From positions 372,001-436,000 of IMG/VR virus record IMGVR_UViG_3300028558_000791: a DNA stretch of 64,000 nt, one strand, 5' to 3'. The position numbers and the translations under genes were made by a program. This document shows, one piece after another, positions 21,758-31,721 of this stretch (the first letter of the stretch is position 1; each line of letters starts with the position of its first letter). The notes below the pieces were generated by a model. That model was not told the DNA's origin. It saw nothing but the letters and a program-made list of their open reading frames with translations, and did no database searches.

Positions 21758-22405
21758 TTATTCGTAAATCTTCTCTTTAGTCCAACCAAAAGCATCTAGT
21801 GATAGATTGAATTGATTGGTCTCGGATGTCAGTTTGAGCATAGTTTTAGCTAGATTCTGAACTTCAAGCTGTGCACCTTCTTCATTGCGCAATCCCTGAA
21901 AGTGCATGAAGGAGCGGAAGTTAAACATAACGTCAGCCGTGAGCTGATGATTGTATGGTAAGTAGAAGCGAGCGCTTTCCTTAGCACGTTTGCGCGTGAA
22001 TCCTTTAGCAACCAAACGCTCTAAAGTGTCGTGGTACTTTTTGAAGGATTCCTGATAGTGCGTGATTAGTTTTACCTGTTCATCTTCGGGCCAATCGATT
22101 GGTACATAAAGCTTCTCTTCCTGAAGTTTCTTGTAGCGAGCAGACTCTCCATTTACAGAAACTCCGACTCGATGTTTTAAAATGTGGATATGGGTGGCAA
22201 TATCTGTAGTCACTAAGAAATGTAGGGATGATTTTTCAAATGGGGTATGGTGTCCATTAGTTGCTAACATTGTAAGTAGCTTGCCCATACGGCCACGCTT
22301 CTCATCATTCAAATCTCTGGAAGTAGAAGTCCAGGCAGAAAGTGCATGCGTCTCATCAGAGCCGTAGAAACCTACTAGCTCAACCTTATTAGTATAATCT
22401 TCCAT
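21758..22405 (-). CDS. thyX: FAD-dependent thymidylate synthase
   Basis: GHHTPFE, KHRVGVSVNGESARY, KESARFYLP, NFRSFMHFQGLR...AQLE. Confidence 0.92.
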   Translation of the reverse strand: MEDYTNKVELVGFYGSDETHALSAWTSTSRDLNDEKRGRMGKLLTMLATNGHHTPFEKSSLHFLVTTDIATHIHILKHRVGVSVNGESARYKKLQEEKLYVPIDWPEDEQVKLITHYQESFKKYHDTLERLVAKGFTRKRAKESARFYLPYNHQLTADVMFNFRSFMHFQGLRNEEGAQLEVQNLAKTMLKLTSETNQFNLSLDAFGWTKEKIYE

Positions 22406-22416
22406 AACTTATCCTC

Positions 22417-23064
22417 TTATTTAGCTACAGTCATTAAATCAGTAACCATCTTATCTAATGCTGGGTCAGAGGCAGACTCTGGTTTACCAGCTTTAATGTT
22501 AGCTGCCTCAGCAGCGAATTTAGCGTCCTCACCGAATGGCATCATCCAGTAGTATGCTGACGTTTTGAAGTTGTCTGTGTAATGTGGTGCAAGAGCAACT
22601 GGGTCCCAACCATATAGCGCATTACCAACTCTCATACTAACAAAGTATGCCCTTCTCTCAAAGTAAGCTCTGAATGGAGCTGGCCAAGGAAGGAGACATA
22701 ATAAGAATAAAGGTAGGACAATCTTCCAGGTTAGTACAAAGAGAAGAAGTAACATCGGAAGGGCAAGGAGCTGCGGAAATAGATAGCCTAACTTGAACTT
22801 TAGAGAGCCTAATCTCTTTTCATCATATATGTGAGTACACTCATGGATGAAAATTTCAGAGACGGCGTTAGGGTTGTTCTTTACATAATCTTCATTTGGC
22901 CAATAGATAGTATCACCAATAGTAGTAATGAATGACGTTTTGAAACCCGGATTGAAAAACAACAGAGTGCCCAAAACTTTCATAAGAGTGTCTTGGTCTT
23001 TATACTTAATCTGTAGCGTTGGGAAGTATGTCTGTGCTTTTGTTACGAGTTCGTTGAATGCCAT
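22417..23064 (-). CDS. Membrane-associated zincin-like metalloprotein
   Basis: HECTH (HExxH) followed by a hydrophobic hairpin and FERRAY. Confidence 0.6.
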   Translation of the reverse strand: MAFNELVTKAQTYFPTLQIKYKDQDTLMKVLGTLLFFNPGFKTSFITTIGDTIYWPNEDYVKNNPNAVSEIFIHECTHIYDEKRLGSLKFKLGYLFPQLLALPMLLLLFVLTWKIVLPLFLLCLLPWPAPFRAYFERRAYFVSMRVGNALYGWDPVALAPHYTDNFKTSAYYWMMPFGEDAKFAAEAANIKAGKPESASDPALDKMVTDLMTVAK

Positions 23065-23065
23065 A

Positions 23066-23371
23066 TTAACCTATTTCTTTAACTGTTATTCCCTCTGGTA
23101 GGAAACCGAAGGTAGCTGGTTTGAATGGTATGTCTTGAAATCCACCAGCCGTGGGATTGATAATGAGCCTATCGCCCATTAGATAGTTATGGCACACATC
23201 GTATCGGTAATCATCCGTGATGAAGACTATACCATAGTAATCCTTACACGAATAGGTCTCAACTTTTATGTTGAGAGGATAGATAATCCAATACTTATCC
23301 AAGACAAATATACTGTATTCTTTAAGAAACTCGGCAAGTGCTTTTTTTACATCTTCCATAGGCGAGCCCAC
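23066..23371 (-). CDS. Hypothetical protein
   Basis: ORF in the leftward operon. Confidence 0.55.
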   Translation of the reverse strand: MGSPMEDVKKALAEFLKEYSIFVLDKYWIIYPLNIKVETYSCKDYYGIVFITDDYRYDVCHNYLMGDRLIINPTAGGFQDIPFKPATFGFLPEGITVKEIG

Positions 23372-23497
23372 CTACAAAACCAACAGCACAAGCAACTAGT
23401 CCAGACCAGCAATGATACTGAACCCCGCTATATATTGATTCTGCGATTACAAGCCCGAAAAACATCCAGGCTAAAGATTTTCCAACTTTGCAGTTTA

Positions 23498-23704
23498 TCA
23501 TTTTTTACCAAAAAAGTATCGATAATCTGCGTATGAGAAGTATCCAAATCCAGCAAGCAATGCGCCAAAGGTGACTGACAAGATTGCTGGTTTACCGGTT
23601 GCGATTGACCAGACTATACCACCAATTAGTGCTATGTTAGTAAGCGCGGTGGCAGATGCAGTAACAACCTTAATAGTTTTAGCGACATCCATATTAAACC
23701 TCAT
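23498..23704 (-). CDS. Small two-TM membrane protein
   Basis: Two hydrophobic segments; overlaps the stop of the upstream gene. Confidence 0.6.
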   Translation of the reverse strand: MRFNMDVAKTIKVVTASATALTNIALIGGIVWSIATGKPAILSVTFGALLAGFGYFSYADYRYFFGKK

Positions 23705-24744
23705 TTAATGATTACATCATGCGGATGAGATTCCTTCAGACCCGCATTAGTGATTCTAATAAATACCGGATTATCCTTAAGTTCTTCTAGATTATGGGCT
23801 CCTTGATAGGAACATCCAGAAGTCAAGCCCTCTAAAAGCTTAGTTAATACGGACATATAGCTCCCTTTGGTTGGAACTAGGGCGGCCACACCCTCGATAT
23901 GGTTAGTCTTATGAGTTGAACTGCCTACATATTCTTTGTAGACGACCTTATCAATCTCAACTCTTCTGCCCGGAGTTTCCTCGCAGCCAGCAAAGAGATT
24001 ACCTGCCATTACCATATCTGCAAAGCATAGCGCTTTGATAACATCTCCGCTATTCTTAACACCGCCATCTGCAATGAAGGGAAATTTCCTTCTCTTTTCA
24101 ATGGGGTATGTTCGAGTGCGTTCTAATTCGTTCAATTGTCTTTGGACTTCAGCTACATCCATTAGGGCGGTTAGCTGAGGAACTCCATTACCAGTTTCAA
24201 TTCTAGTAGTACAGAGGCTACCTGGTCCGACACCTACCTTAACAACATCAGTCCCGGCTGTCCATAATCTACGAGCACCTTCTCCAGTAGCTACGTTGCC
24301 AGCAATGACAAACATGTCTGGATACTTACTTTTGATCCAAGCAATCATATCGGTGCACATGTTAGAGTCGCCATGAGCTACATCTATACAGATGTTACGG
24401 ATTCCGGCATCTCGGAATCTACTAACCATCTCTCTATCTGATGGTTTGACACCAACAGACATAGCTAGATGTTCATTACCATGATCATCAAAAAGCTTGT
24501 TAGCTGTTAAGAGCTGCTCTTTTTCATCCATGAAACGATGAAGAATGGCTAGTCCACCACTCTTAATGATCTTGACGGCCATCTCTTCACCAGTAACAGT
24601 TTTCATGTTAGCTGGGATAATGGGGTGAGCGAAGTGGAGCCCTCCCCATCTTACAGAAATGTCTACGTCTTTGGATCGACTTGTGATATCAGAATGTTGG
24701 GGAACTAGAAGCACATCATCAAAAGTTAAGCCTTCACGAATCAT
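23701..24744 (-). CDS. guaB: IMP dehydrogenase / GMP reductase family protein lacking CBS domains
   Basis: [47 protein letters not shown]. Confidence 0.85.
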   Translation of the reverse strand: MIREGLTFDDVLLVPQHSDITSRSKDVDISVRWGGLHFAHPIIPANMKTVTGEEMAVKIIKSGGLAILHRFMDEKEQLLTANKLFDDHGNEHLAMSVGVKPSDREMVSRFRDAGIRNICIDVAHGDSNMCTDMIAWIKSKYPDMFVIAGNVATGEGARRLWTAGTDVVKVGVGPGSLCTTRIETGNGVPQLTALMDVAEVQRQLNELERTRTYPIEKRRKFPFIADGGVKNSGDVIKALCFADMVMAGNLFAGCEETPGRRVEIDKVVYKEYVGSSTHKTNHIEGVAALVPTKGSYMSVLTKLLEGLTSGCSYQGAHNLEELKDNPVFIRITNAGLKESHPHDVIIK

Positions 24745-24800
24745 TGATTACCTCCACGGCAGGCGCCATCACCGATATAACCTACGCTATATTGTGAAAC

Positions 24801-25034
24801 TTACGCGCCTTTAATTCTGTATACGATTCTTCCTTTGCTTGGATCGTATTCAGAAACTTCAATTTTCACTCTATCACCTAGCAGAATACGAACCGAATTG
24901 ATTCTAATTTTCCCGCTTAGTGAGCAGAGAACTGTATAGGTATCAGTTACTTGAACTTTGAACTGGCCCTTATTGGCATCAATTACTTCGCCTTCAAACT
25001 CTAGTCTATCTCTATCTCTATCTCTATCACTCAA
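24801..25034 (-). CDS. infA: Translation initiation factor IF-1
   Basis: LEFEGEV...FKV...SGKIRINSVRILLGDRVKIEVSEYDPSKGRIVYR. Confidence 0.92.
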   Translation of the reverse strand: MSDRDRDRDRLEFEGEVIDANKGQFKVQVTDTYTVLCSLSGKIRINSVRILLGDRVKIEVSEYDPSKGRIVYRIKGA

Positions 25035-25046
25035 TGTAGTATCCCT

Positions 25047-25697
25047 TTACTGTTTCAAAATGGAGGCCAGCATCTCCGATTGTTTATTCAAATCGGATAT
25101 GAAAGCTGAACTCGCTGGCAGATATGATAGCCATGCCGCGCCCGTGGCGCAAGGAATGGCCGAATTTTCTTTGTTTCCCAACTGGTGGTAATGCTTGACA
25201 TCTATATGATTTGCAATAGTTTTCAAACTTCTCATGCCCATTACTAGGGGAGAAACCTGTTGCCATTCACCATACCAATATAGGTATGAGCGCAGATGGT
25301 CATCGATACCTAAAAACGTTAGAATGGCGCAGTCTTCATATACATCTTCATCCTTACCGGATACCAGATGTACTAGCTTACTCATCTTAGCTACTTGCTC
25401 TAGGGCCAATCCATAATACAAATCGGTGCTAACGATTCTCTTCCTATCTAATCGCAAATCATTATGGATGAGTTCAACCTTCTTACTCTTCTCCATTGAG
25501 AGAGAGTTGCCGAACTCATCGAACCACCATTTGTATAGAATAATCCTCTCACTTCGCTCATCAAACACATAGTCATATGGTTTGAGACGACAAACCTTAA
25601 TGATAAACTCTAACTCAGGAATATCGCTATACGAAGCTGCTAGTCTAATTTGTTTATCAAGTTTAGCGTGGAGTAATTCTATACTGGGGCTTCTCAT
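25047..25697 (-). CDS. Hypothetical protein
   Basis: 216-aa ORF overlapping the exonuclease stop. Confidence 0.65.
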   Translation of the reverse strand: MRSPSIELLHAKLDKQIRLAASYSDIPELEFIIKVCRLKPYDYVFDERSERIILYKWWFDEFGNSLSMEKSKKVELIHNDLRLDRKRIVSTDLYYGLALEQVAKMSKLVHLVSGKDEDVYEDCAILTFLGIDDHLRSYLYWYGEWQQVSPLVMGMRSLKTIANHIDVKHYHQLGNKENSAIPCATGAAWLSYLPASSAFISDLNKQSEMLASILKQ

Positions 25698-26359
25698 AAA
25701 TCTAATAGGGCAGGATCTAATCCTTCATCATCTGCCGGTGGGGCAACTGAATGAATATCAGTCTTGATGTGTGGAAGGTAGTCTACTTGCTTGTCGTCAA
25801 TGAGGCTACGATACAATAGATAAGTGTTTCTACTATCTACCTTAGCGTTGTGAGCCTCGGAAATCTTCTTGATGCCAACCATATCGCAGCAGGCATGGAG
25901 CTGGGTGCTAGTTCTACCAGTGGCAGTCTTGACAATGGTTAGCTTGGACTCATCAGCGGTTTTTAGAAATTCTTTGGTGAGGGAGATGGTGTCTAGCCAT
26001 AGGTGAGCTGGAAACTCTTTACCTGAGGCTTCCCACATAGCCTGGAGAAATCTCCTATCGAATGGAGCATTGTGAGCTATGATGCAACGGTGAGCTGGAG
26101 TTAATCCATCTTCAGCAAAGAACTTCTCGCACTCTGCTATCACAGCTTCACGATCATAGCCGCGTTCAAGATCAGCTAAGGTCTTCTTGGTAATAGCTAA
26201 AGCATCAAAGCTTGCACGCTCAGGATAGATACACTTAATCTGTCTCCAGAGCTGTACCCTATCGGTAACACGAATGATACCAATTTCGGTCATTTCGTGA
26301 TGGCCGCTCTTCAAACCAGTTGTTTCTGTGTCGATTACGTAATATTGAATTCCGGACAT
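25694..26359 (-). CDS. DEDDh 3'-5' exonuclease (DnaQ-like)
   Basis: VIDTETTG, IAHNAPFD, HNAKVD motifs. Confidence 0.9.
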   Translation of the reverse strand: MSGIQYYVIDTETTGLKSGHHEMTEIGIIRVTDRVQLWRQIKCIYPERASFDALAITKKTLADLERGYDREAVIAECEKFFAEDGLTPAHRCIIAHNAPFDRRFLQAMWEASGKEFPAHLWLDTISLTKEFLKTADESKLTIVKTATGRTSTQLHACCDMVGIKKISEAHNAKVDSRNTYLLYRSLIDDKQVDYLPHIKTDIHSVAPPADDEGLDPALLDL

Positions 26360-26369
26360 TCTTCCTCAC

Positions 26370-26666
26370 TTACCAAAATGCTTTGTTTCTCATATAGCAT
26401 TCAAATTCTTGTTGTGTTTTGCAGAATAACTTATCGCCATTCAGCCACCATTCCATTGTACCATCAGATTTAACTGTAGCCGGACCATCTTCATTGTGAA
26501 GCATCCAACCTCTGAACATTGTATTGACTCCGGGCCTTTTATCTATATACACCATAGTGTATTCATTCCAATTTGGACCAAACCAACTTTCTAAAAGTCC
26601 CCTAAATAAGCTGCCCGGTGTAATATCCACACCACCATTGGACATTATATTTAGAGCTATAGTCAT
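26370..26666 (-). CDS. Hypothetical protein with LHNEDGPA...WWLNG motif
   Basis: Recurrent large-phage motif; ends KAFW. Confidence 0.65.
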   Translation of the reverse strand: MTIALNIMSNGGVDITPGSLFRGLLESWFGPNWNEYTMVYIDKRPGVNTMFRGWMLHNEDGPATVKSDGTMEWWLNGDKLFCKTQQEFECYMRNKAFW

Positions 26667-27160
26667 CGCTTTTGAATCATTGTCGGTTCCAATATGTAAA
26701 GTGGAACTAACTGCTTCTTTTTGTACGTATCTTGTAATGTCGCGTCTAGGTACTGAAACCCACTTATTAGTTTTCTACATTTGAAAGAGCCACAATGACA
26801 CTCCATCTTCCAAGTATCATATGTATCAGTAGACGTAAGCGAATAGTCGAATGTAATCTCGGCACCTTCGGGGATAAGGTATAGAGAGTATATGATTGCC
26901 CTATTACCAACTACATGAATATAGCAGTTGGGATCACACGAATGGTTTAGATACTCGGGAACATTCTTGCCCGATGGACCAATAAATGTATTAGGCCCAA
27001 TCTGTAAGTAGATATCTATATTGTCGTGCGGCGGAACATCTCTGTCCAATAGAACTGGTCCGCGAATCTCTGCTACTGGCAGTCCGGCAGGGATGCTTAC
27101 TTTTGTAAAAGTTCCCTTACCGGTTTTGGAGTCTCTAACTTCTAATTGTTGTGAATACAT
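26663..27160 (-). CDS. SET-domain protein lysine methyltransferase with post-SET cysteines (alternative start 27187)
   Basis: GKGTF, NHSCDPN, EITFDY, CHCGSFKCR. Confidence 0.88.
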   Translation of the reverse strand: MYSQQLEVRDSKTGKGTFTKVSIPAGLPVAEIRGPVLLDRDVPPHDNIDIYLQIGPNTFIGPSGKNVPEYLNHSCDPNCYIHVVGNRAIIYSLYLIPEGAEITFDYSLTSTDTYDTWKMECHCGSFKCRKLISGFQYLDATLQDTYKKKQLVPLYILEPTMIQKR

Positions 27161-27504
27161 TATCCGACCAATAGGTTCTTCATCCATCTCAGCATGGTGC
27201 TTCCAGCATCATACACACTAAGTTTGATGTCTTTTCTTCCAACTAATCTATGTTTGATTGTGGAAGGATTCATTCCTCTAATCAATCCGGCTGCTTGTTC
27301 GGGGTCCTCAGCCAATACACGAAAAGTAAGGGTAGCGGGTAACATACACTCTACCTTCACATCGTAGTAAAGTTTAGCTTTGATAGGAGGAGATTTCTCC
27401 TGCTTCTTCGCTTCCTTGGCAATAGGTGGTTTAGCTTGTCCTTGAGGGACAATTTGACTCATGATTTGATCTACTAATTGTGGTTCTTTTTTCTCTTCGC
27501 TCAT
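27160..27504 (-). CDS. Hypothetical protein
   Basis: 114-aa ORF in operon. Confidence 0.6.
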   Translation of the reverse strand: MSEEKKEPQLVDQIMSQIVPQGQAKPPIAKEAKKQEKSPPIKAKLYYDVKVECMLPATLTFRVLAEDPEQAAGLIRGMNPSTIKHRLVGRKDIKLSVYDAGSTMLRWMKNLLVG

Positions 27505-27517
27505 ATTTGTATCTATA

Positions 27518-28459
27518 TCAGAGGGAGTCTTTATACTTTAGATAATGCTCATAATGAGAAGAATCAGCCCCAATAAGTTCAAAGAATCTCTGCATGAACA
27601 TATCTTTAGCTTTATCCGGACTCCAAGATTCAATGGTGAAGGGAAGTGCCGTAATAGGCTGAACCCAGTCTGGGTGCAATGGGTGCATCAAATCTCTAGC
27701 TTCTGTGGCCAATAGCTTGGTATCAGCTTTCTTTACTGAGTGAGGCTCTTTAATTGGTAACCCAAAGCGCTTGCAAACGGCTTCTTGCATTACCCTCTCG
27801 AACTCGATATAACCTTCAATCTTACCAGACCTTTTCAAAGGACGAGGTACGTCTACTAAATAAGCTTCAGAAGCATCATGTAGTAATCCCCATAAAGCAT
27901 CCTCCTCATTACAGATATGGCTTACATAAACACTGTGCTGCGCAACGGAGTAGAACTTCTTGCAGTGCCCACTAAATCGACATTGCATAGATAATGCATG
28001 AGCAATATCCTGAATAACAATGGCATCTGGGTTAGGATTAGTCGGATTGAATCTACGACCAGAGTAAGTTTGAATCCAAGGTTCGCCTGGTTTGAAACCT
28101 GCAGTAACACCAGCTCCATTATAGTATATGTTGATCTTATTGGTCAGCATGATAGTATGATGGGCAGCATTAGCAGCCTCAAGCTGTTCTAGTGTAGCCA
28201 GGGGCGGGAACTGAGCACCTTTCAATGAAGAAGGGTCTAGCACATAATTAGGCACACCACTTCCTAATAGAGTATTATCAAATGGATCGAGAGGCACGGT
28301 CGTTCCAGTAGTTTGATCTACAAACTCTGTAGCGCCTCTTTTCATAGAAGAAGTGTGTGGACCGTCTCCGTAATCAGGAAACATATCATCCAGTTGATCC
28401 GAATCCACCGTTACCTCGCGAGGCACTTCGTTCTTTACAGAGCTTTTCGTATTCTTCAT
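27518..28459 (-). CDS. HD-domain 5'-deoxynucleotidase (YfbR/YfdR-like); true start may be 28384
   Basis: DIAHALS..CRFSGH...YSVAQHS...LLHDASEAY...KKAD...ATE. Confidence 0.85.
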   Translation of the reverse strand: MKNTKSSVKNEVPREVTVDSDQLDDMFPDYGDGPHTSSMKRGATEFVDQTTGTTVPLDPFDNTLLGSGVPNYVLDPSSLKGAQFPPLATLEQLEAANAAHHTIMLTNKINIYYNGAGVTAGFKPGEPWIQTYSGRRFNPTNPNPDAIVIQDIAHALSMQCRFSGHCKKFYSVAQHSVYVSHICNEEDALWGLLHDASEAYLVDVPRPLKRSGKIEGYIEFERVMQEAVCKRFGLPIKEPHSVKKADTKLLATEARDLMHPLHPDWVQPITALPFTIESWSPDKAKDMFMQRFFELIGADSSHYEHYLKYKDSL

Positions 28460-28940
28460 TTGTTACTCTTTCTACTATCATTTCTTCTCGACGAACTGGT
28501 ATGATTTGACCAATAGCTTCGCCCTCTTGAATGGTGAGGTCTTCAGCAACGTATTCAGTAATTACGCCGTTAATTTTGTATCCAGAACCGTAAGGTTCAT
28601 CTAAACCTGCTTCAATTCTAATAGGAGGAAGATACTGGCATGCAAAGATACACTGACCTTCGTAGTCTTCGTCTATAACACCATACAGTGCATGCAGGTT
28701 TTTCTTGGCAAAAGAAGAGGAACGTGGCCTCAATTCCATCCACCAACCAGTTGGGCAGAACATACGAAAACCTAATGAAATCTTAGCGTACTCTCCTGGC
28801 TTAATGATTAGCTTCTCAGTAGACCTAACATCCCAGCCAGTAGCTCTATCAGTACCCCTTGTAGGCAAATAGATATCCGATAACCCTTCATTTATCGCAA
28901 ATTTGAATGTCGCAACATTGTTTTCCATGATACCTCGCAT
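28386..28940 (-). CDS. dut: dUTPase
   Basis: GWDV, RPRSS, GVIDEDYEG, IGQII, RGNGGFGSTG. Confidence 0.92.
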   Translation of the reverse strand: MRGIMENNVATFKFAINEGLSDIYLPTRGTDRATGWDVRSTEKLIIKPGEYAKISLGFRMFCPTGWWMELRPRSSSFAKKNLHALYGVIDEDYEGQCIFACQYLPPIRIEAGLDEPYGSGYKINGVITEYVAEDLTIQEGEAIGQIIPVRREEMIVERVTNEEYEKLCKERSASRGNGGFGSTG

Positions 28941-28950
28941 AGTTCAAACC

Positions 28951-28978
28951 ATCTTAAATGCGCCATTATTTTTGTCAA
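28951..28978 (-). promoter_or_regulatory. Sigma70-like promoter for the leftward dut operon
   Basis: TTGACA-N16-TAAGAT on the minus strand just upstream of dut. Confidence 0.55.
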
Positions 28979-29000
28979 GCGCATAAAATCTCATACATTT

Positions 29001-29678
29001 ATGTCGTCTTTGCCGCCAGCAATCTTTTTTATTAATGGGGATATAAACTATCCGCCAAACCCACCATATTTCCCTGGTACAGATCCAAAAGCGCCAACGA
29101 ATACTCTTACAATTCTACAAAGACAGTTGTTCATTGATGACACAATGACCAAGGCAGAATTCGATGCTAGAGTTGCGGTTGACCCAAACTATCCAACTAT
29201 TGTTCATTTACAGGGATTTAGAATACTGGTAATTGTTCCAGAGTATAGCGACGGTTACGGCCACTATCCTCCTCACTTCCACCCGCACATAAATATACCC
29301 AACGTACGGTACGCTGACGTTGTTATGTTTTTACACCAGGGCCTCGCAGATATAGAAAAAAATCGTTTCGGACCGCCGTGCCAAAACTATGAAATTCAGA
29401 GAATAAACATGTACGCCTTGCTAAGGGCAGTAGGCTCTCCTAACGTAGTTATTCTGCCATTTTATACCATGCCACATTGCAATAGTTGTAACTATCCATT
29501 CTATTGTGATTGCTGTCATACTTTCTCCGGAATTAGGACTTGTGGAGGTTGTGGCGGTAGCTGTAAATGTGGTTGTAATTGTGGACTAATCGATAACCAG
29601 GGCATTAAACAGAGTAATATCCACGCTCCAAATTGCGATAACGAATATCATAATCCGGATTTTATCCACCGTAAATAA
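29001..29678 (+). CDS. Hypothetical protein with a Cys-rich C-terminus
   Basis: 225 aa; CNSC...CDCC...CGGCGGSCKCGCNC. Confidence 0.65.
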   Translation: MSSLPPAIFFINGDINYPPNPPYFPGTDPKAPTNTLTILQRQLFIDDTMTKAEFDARVAVDPNYPTIVHLQGFRILVIVPEYSDGYGHYPPHFHPHINIPNVRYADVVMFLHQGLADIEKNRFGPPCQNYEIQRINMYALLRAVGSPNVVILPFYTMPHCNSCNYPFYCDCCHTFSGIRTCGGCGGSCKCGCNCGLIDNQGIKQSNIHAPNCDNEYHNPDFIHRK

Positions 29679-29733
29679 CATTTCTGGTCATAATGGTGTA
29701 TAATCAATAGTATTTGCTGAAAAGGAACCCAGA

Positions 29734-30567
29734 ATGTCTAAAGCTGATAAATTACTAAAGAGAGTAGAATTCTACGAGAAAATGGCGTCCTCTAGGAAGC
29801 CAGAGAACGATGATTTACTCAAACGAGCATCTCTTTTTGAAAGACTAGCTTTGTATTCAGATCGTAAATCTTTTTTGAGTGCTTTAGCACAACAATTACC
29901 AAGCAGTGGTAGTGATGTAAAAGGCGCCGTTGATGCATTAGCACAAGCACTAGCTGCATGGTTAAATACTAGTGCTGAAAAGCGTGAAGACTTAGGCGGA
30001 ATCAGAGGCTTTCCAGCTTCAGTAGCCCCATACGCATCCAATGTTACAGTGTTGTCTAAATATCCAGAATCAGCTTTTAACCTAGATGTATTGAATCAAG
30101 TAAAAACTAATGCATCTCAGTTAGCATATGTCAATAAAAACTTGCGTGATGCAAGTGATGATGTTAGAAGGACTTGGATTAATACAGTTTTGCCTGCCGC
30201 AACCAATGTTATCACATTAGCAGACAAACAAATTGCAGCACTAAATGAATGGAAACAAAGCATTCCAACAGAGGAATCACCAGATGTCGGTAGTGGTAAA
30301 GTAACTATCCCAGAAGTGAACATTCAAGGTAGACCAGGACTACCATCGATTAACCCAGCCGATCAAGAAGCAGTATTCAACTTCGCAATTCAAGAAGCCG
30401 GACTTGTACCTAACCCAGCGGCACAGAAACCTGATGGACAACTCGGAAGAGAAACTAGAAAAGCATTAGAGGCTGTTAAGAATTACTTCGCTAAGAAGTT
30501 CCCACAGAACGCCCGCATGACTGATCAAGAAGCTATTCGCGCAGCAAAATTACCACCAAGACAATAA
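29734..30567 (+). CDS. Hypothetical protein, possible C-terminal peptidoglycan-binding-like helix
   Basis: DGQLGRETRKAL resembles the PG_binding_1 DGxxGxxT motif. Confidence 0.6.
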   Translation: MSKADKLLKRVEFYEKMASSRKPENDDLLKRASLFERLALYSDRKSFLSALAQQLPSSGSDVKGAVDALAQALAAWLNTSAEKREDLGGIRGFPASVAPYASNVTVLSKYPESAFNLDVLNQVKTNASQLAYVNKNLRDASDDVRRTWINTVLPAATNVITLADKQIAALNEWKQSIPTEESPDVGSGKVTIPEVNIQGRPGLPSINPADQEAVFNFAIQEAGLVPNPAAQKPDGQLGRETRKALEAVKNYFAKKFPQNARMTDQEAIRAAKLPPRQ

Positions 30568-30643
30568 CTTAATAGTATTGGACAGTACGGTAAGCGTCCC
30601 TGTCAGGTCAGTTAGTTCGACAGACATACACACTTAGACTTAG

Positions 30644-30678
30644 ATGGCGATGACTAAAAATCATCGCCATTTTTATTT
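30644..30678 (+). terminator. Rho-independent terminator
   Basis: ATGGCGATGA-ctaaaaa-TCATCGCCAT followed by TTTTATTT. Confidence 0.75.
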
Positions 30679-30839
30679 GCGATCATAACAAACTAGATCT
30701 CGACAAACGCATGGGGGATCTATGGGGGAAGTAGTATAAGTTGATCAGATCGATCCGCGGTATAATCGATCAATTAGTTGTTGCGGCCCGTACGACTGTG
30801 GTTATACTATTGATAGTGGTGTGAGCGTAGGGGTGTAGC

Positions 30840-31721
30840 ATGAAATCGTACAAGATGGTATTTTCTTGGATTTTAATTGTAGCGTTTACGGGTGTTTCTA
30901 CAGATGATAAGGCGGACGGTCTCAAAATTGAGACAAATAAAACAGGTGCTCCGCCAGAAAAAGCGGAAATTTCATGGCGGCGGAACGAAGATCGATCGCA
31001 CGCGTGTCCCAGTGATATGATAGAGGTACAAGGCGATTACTGTACCAATCTAAAGACAGAGTGTTTGTACAATATAGACATGGATGGTACTCGTCATTAC
31101 CCAGGAGATATTAATCTGGCCTGTGGGGAGTATAAAAACCCTAGCACATGTCTATCAGATAAGCTAGTACATTTACATTTCTGTATAGATAAATACGAAT
31201 GGCCCAATAAACCAGGTACAGTCCCTCAAGATTGGATGACTTATTTCGATGCAGAGAAGGCTGTAAACTCTGTAGGTAAGCGCCTGTGTACCCATAAAGA
31301 ATGGACGCTGGCGGCAGAAGGCCCCAACACACATCCACTACCGTATGGAGATGGTTTCCATCGTGATAGTAAGATTTGTAACTTCGATAACCATAATCCA
31401 AACATTGACGTATTCCAATCCAAAAATCCTAACGATGAGACTTCAGCTAAGCTTCGTGCCCTATTAGTTCCTTCTGGATCTATGGCGAGTTGTGTGAGCG
31501 ATTATGGTGTACATGATATGTCAGGTAACATCGATGAATGGGTTGTCAATGAAAGTAGTCAAGATATGTGTATTAGTAAAACTACTGGTAACTGTAAGAG
31601 TGGTCTAATGGGCGGTCATATCTGGCATGTACGTAATGCTAGTCGCCCCATGACTACTGCTCATGGTGCAGGATTCAGTTGGTATGAAACGGGCGCTAGA
31701 GCCTGTAAGGATGTTCAATGA
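30840..31721 (+). CDS. Secreted FGE-sulfatase (SUMF1) domain protein, myxobacterial type
   Basis: Signal peptide; CPSDM..V.GDYC, FCIDKYEWPN, GKRLCT..EW, YGVHDMSGNIDEW, GARAC. Confidence 0.85.
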   Translation: MKSYKMVFSWILIVAFTGVSTDDKADGLKIETNKTGAPPEKAEISWRRNEDRSHACPSDMIEVQGDYCTNLKTECLYNIDMDGTRHYPGDINLACGEYKNPSTCLSDKLVHLHFCIDKYEWPNKPGTVPQDWMTYFDAEKAVNSVGKRLCTHKEWTLAAEGPNTHPLPYGDGFHRDSKICNFDNHNPNIDVFQSKNPNDETSAKLRALLVPSGSMASCVSDYGVHDMSGNIDEWVVNESSQDMCISKTTGNCKSGLMGGHIWHVRNASRPMTTAHGAGFSWYETGARACKDVQ

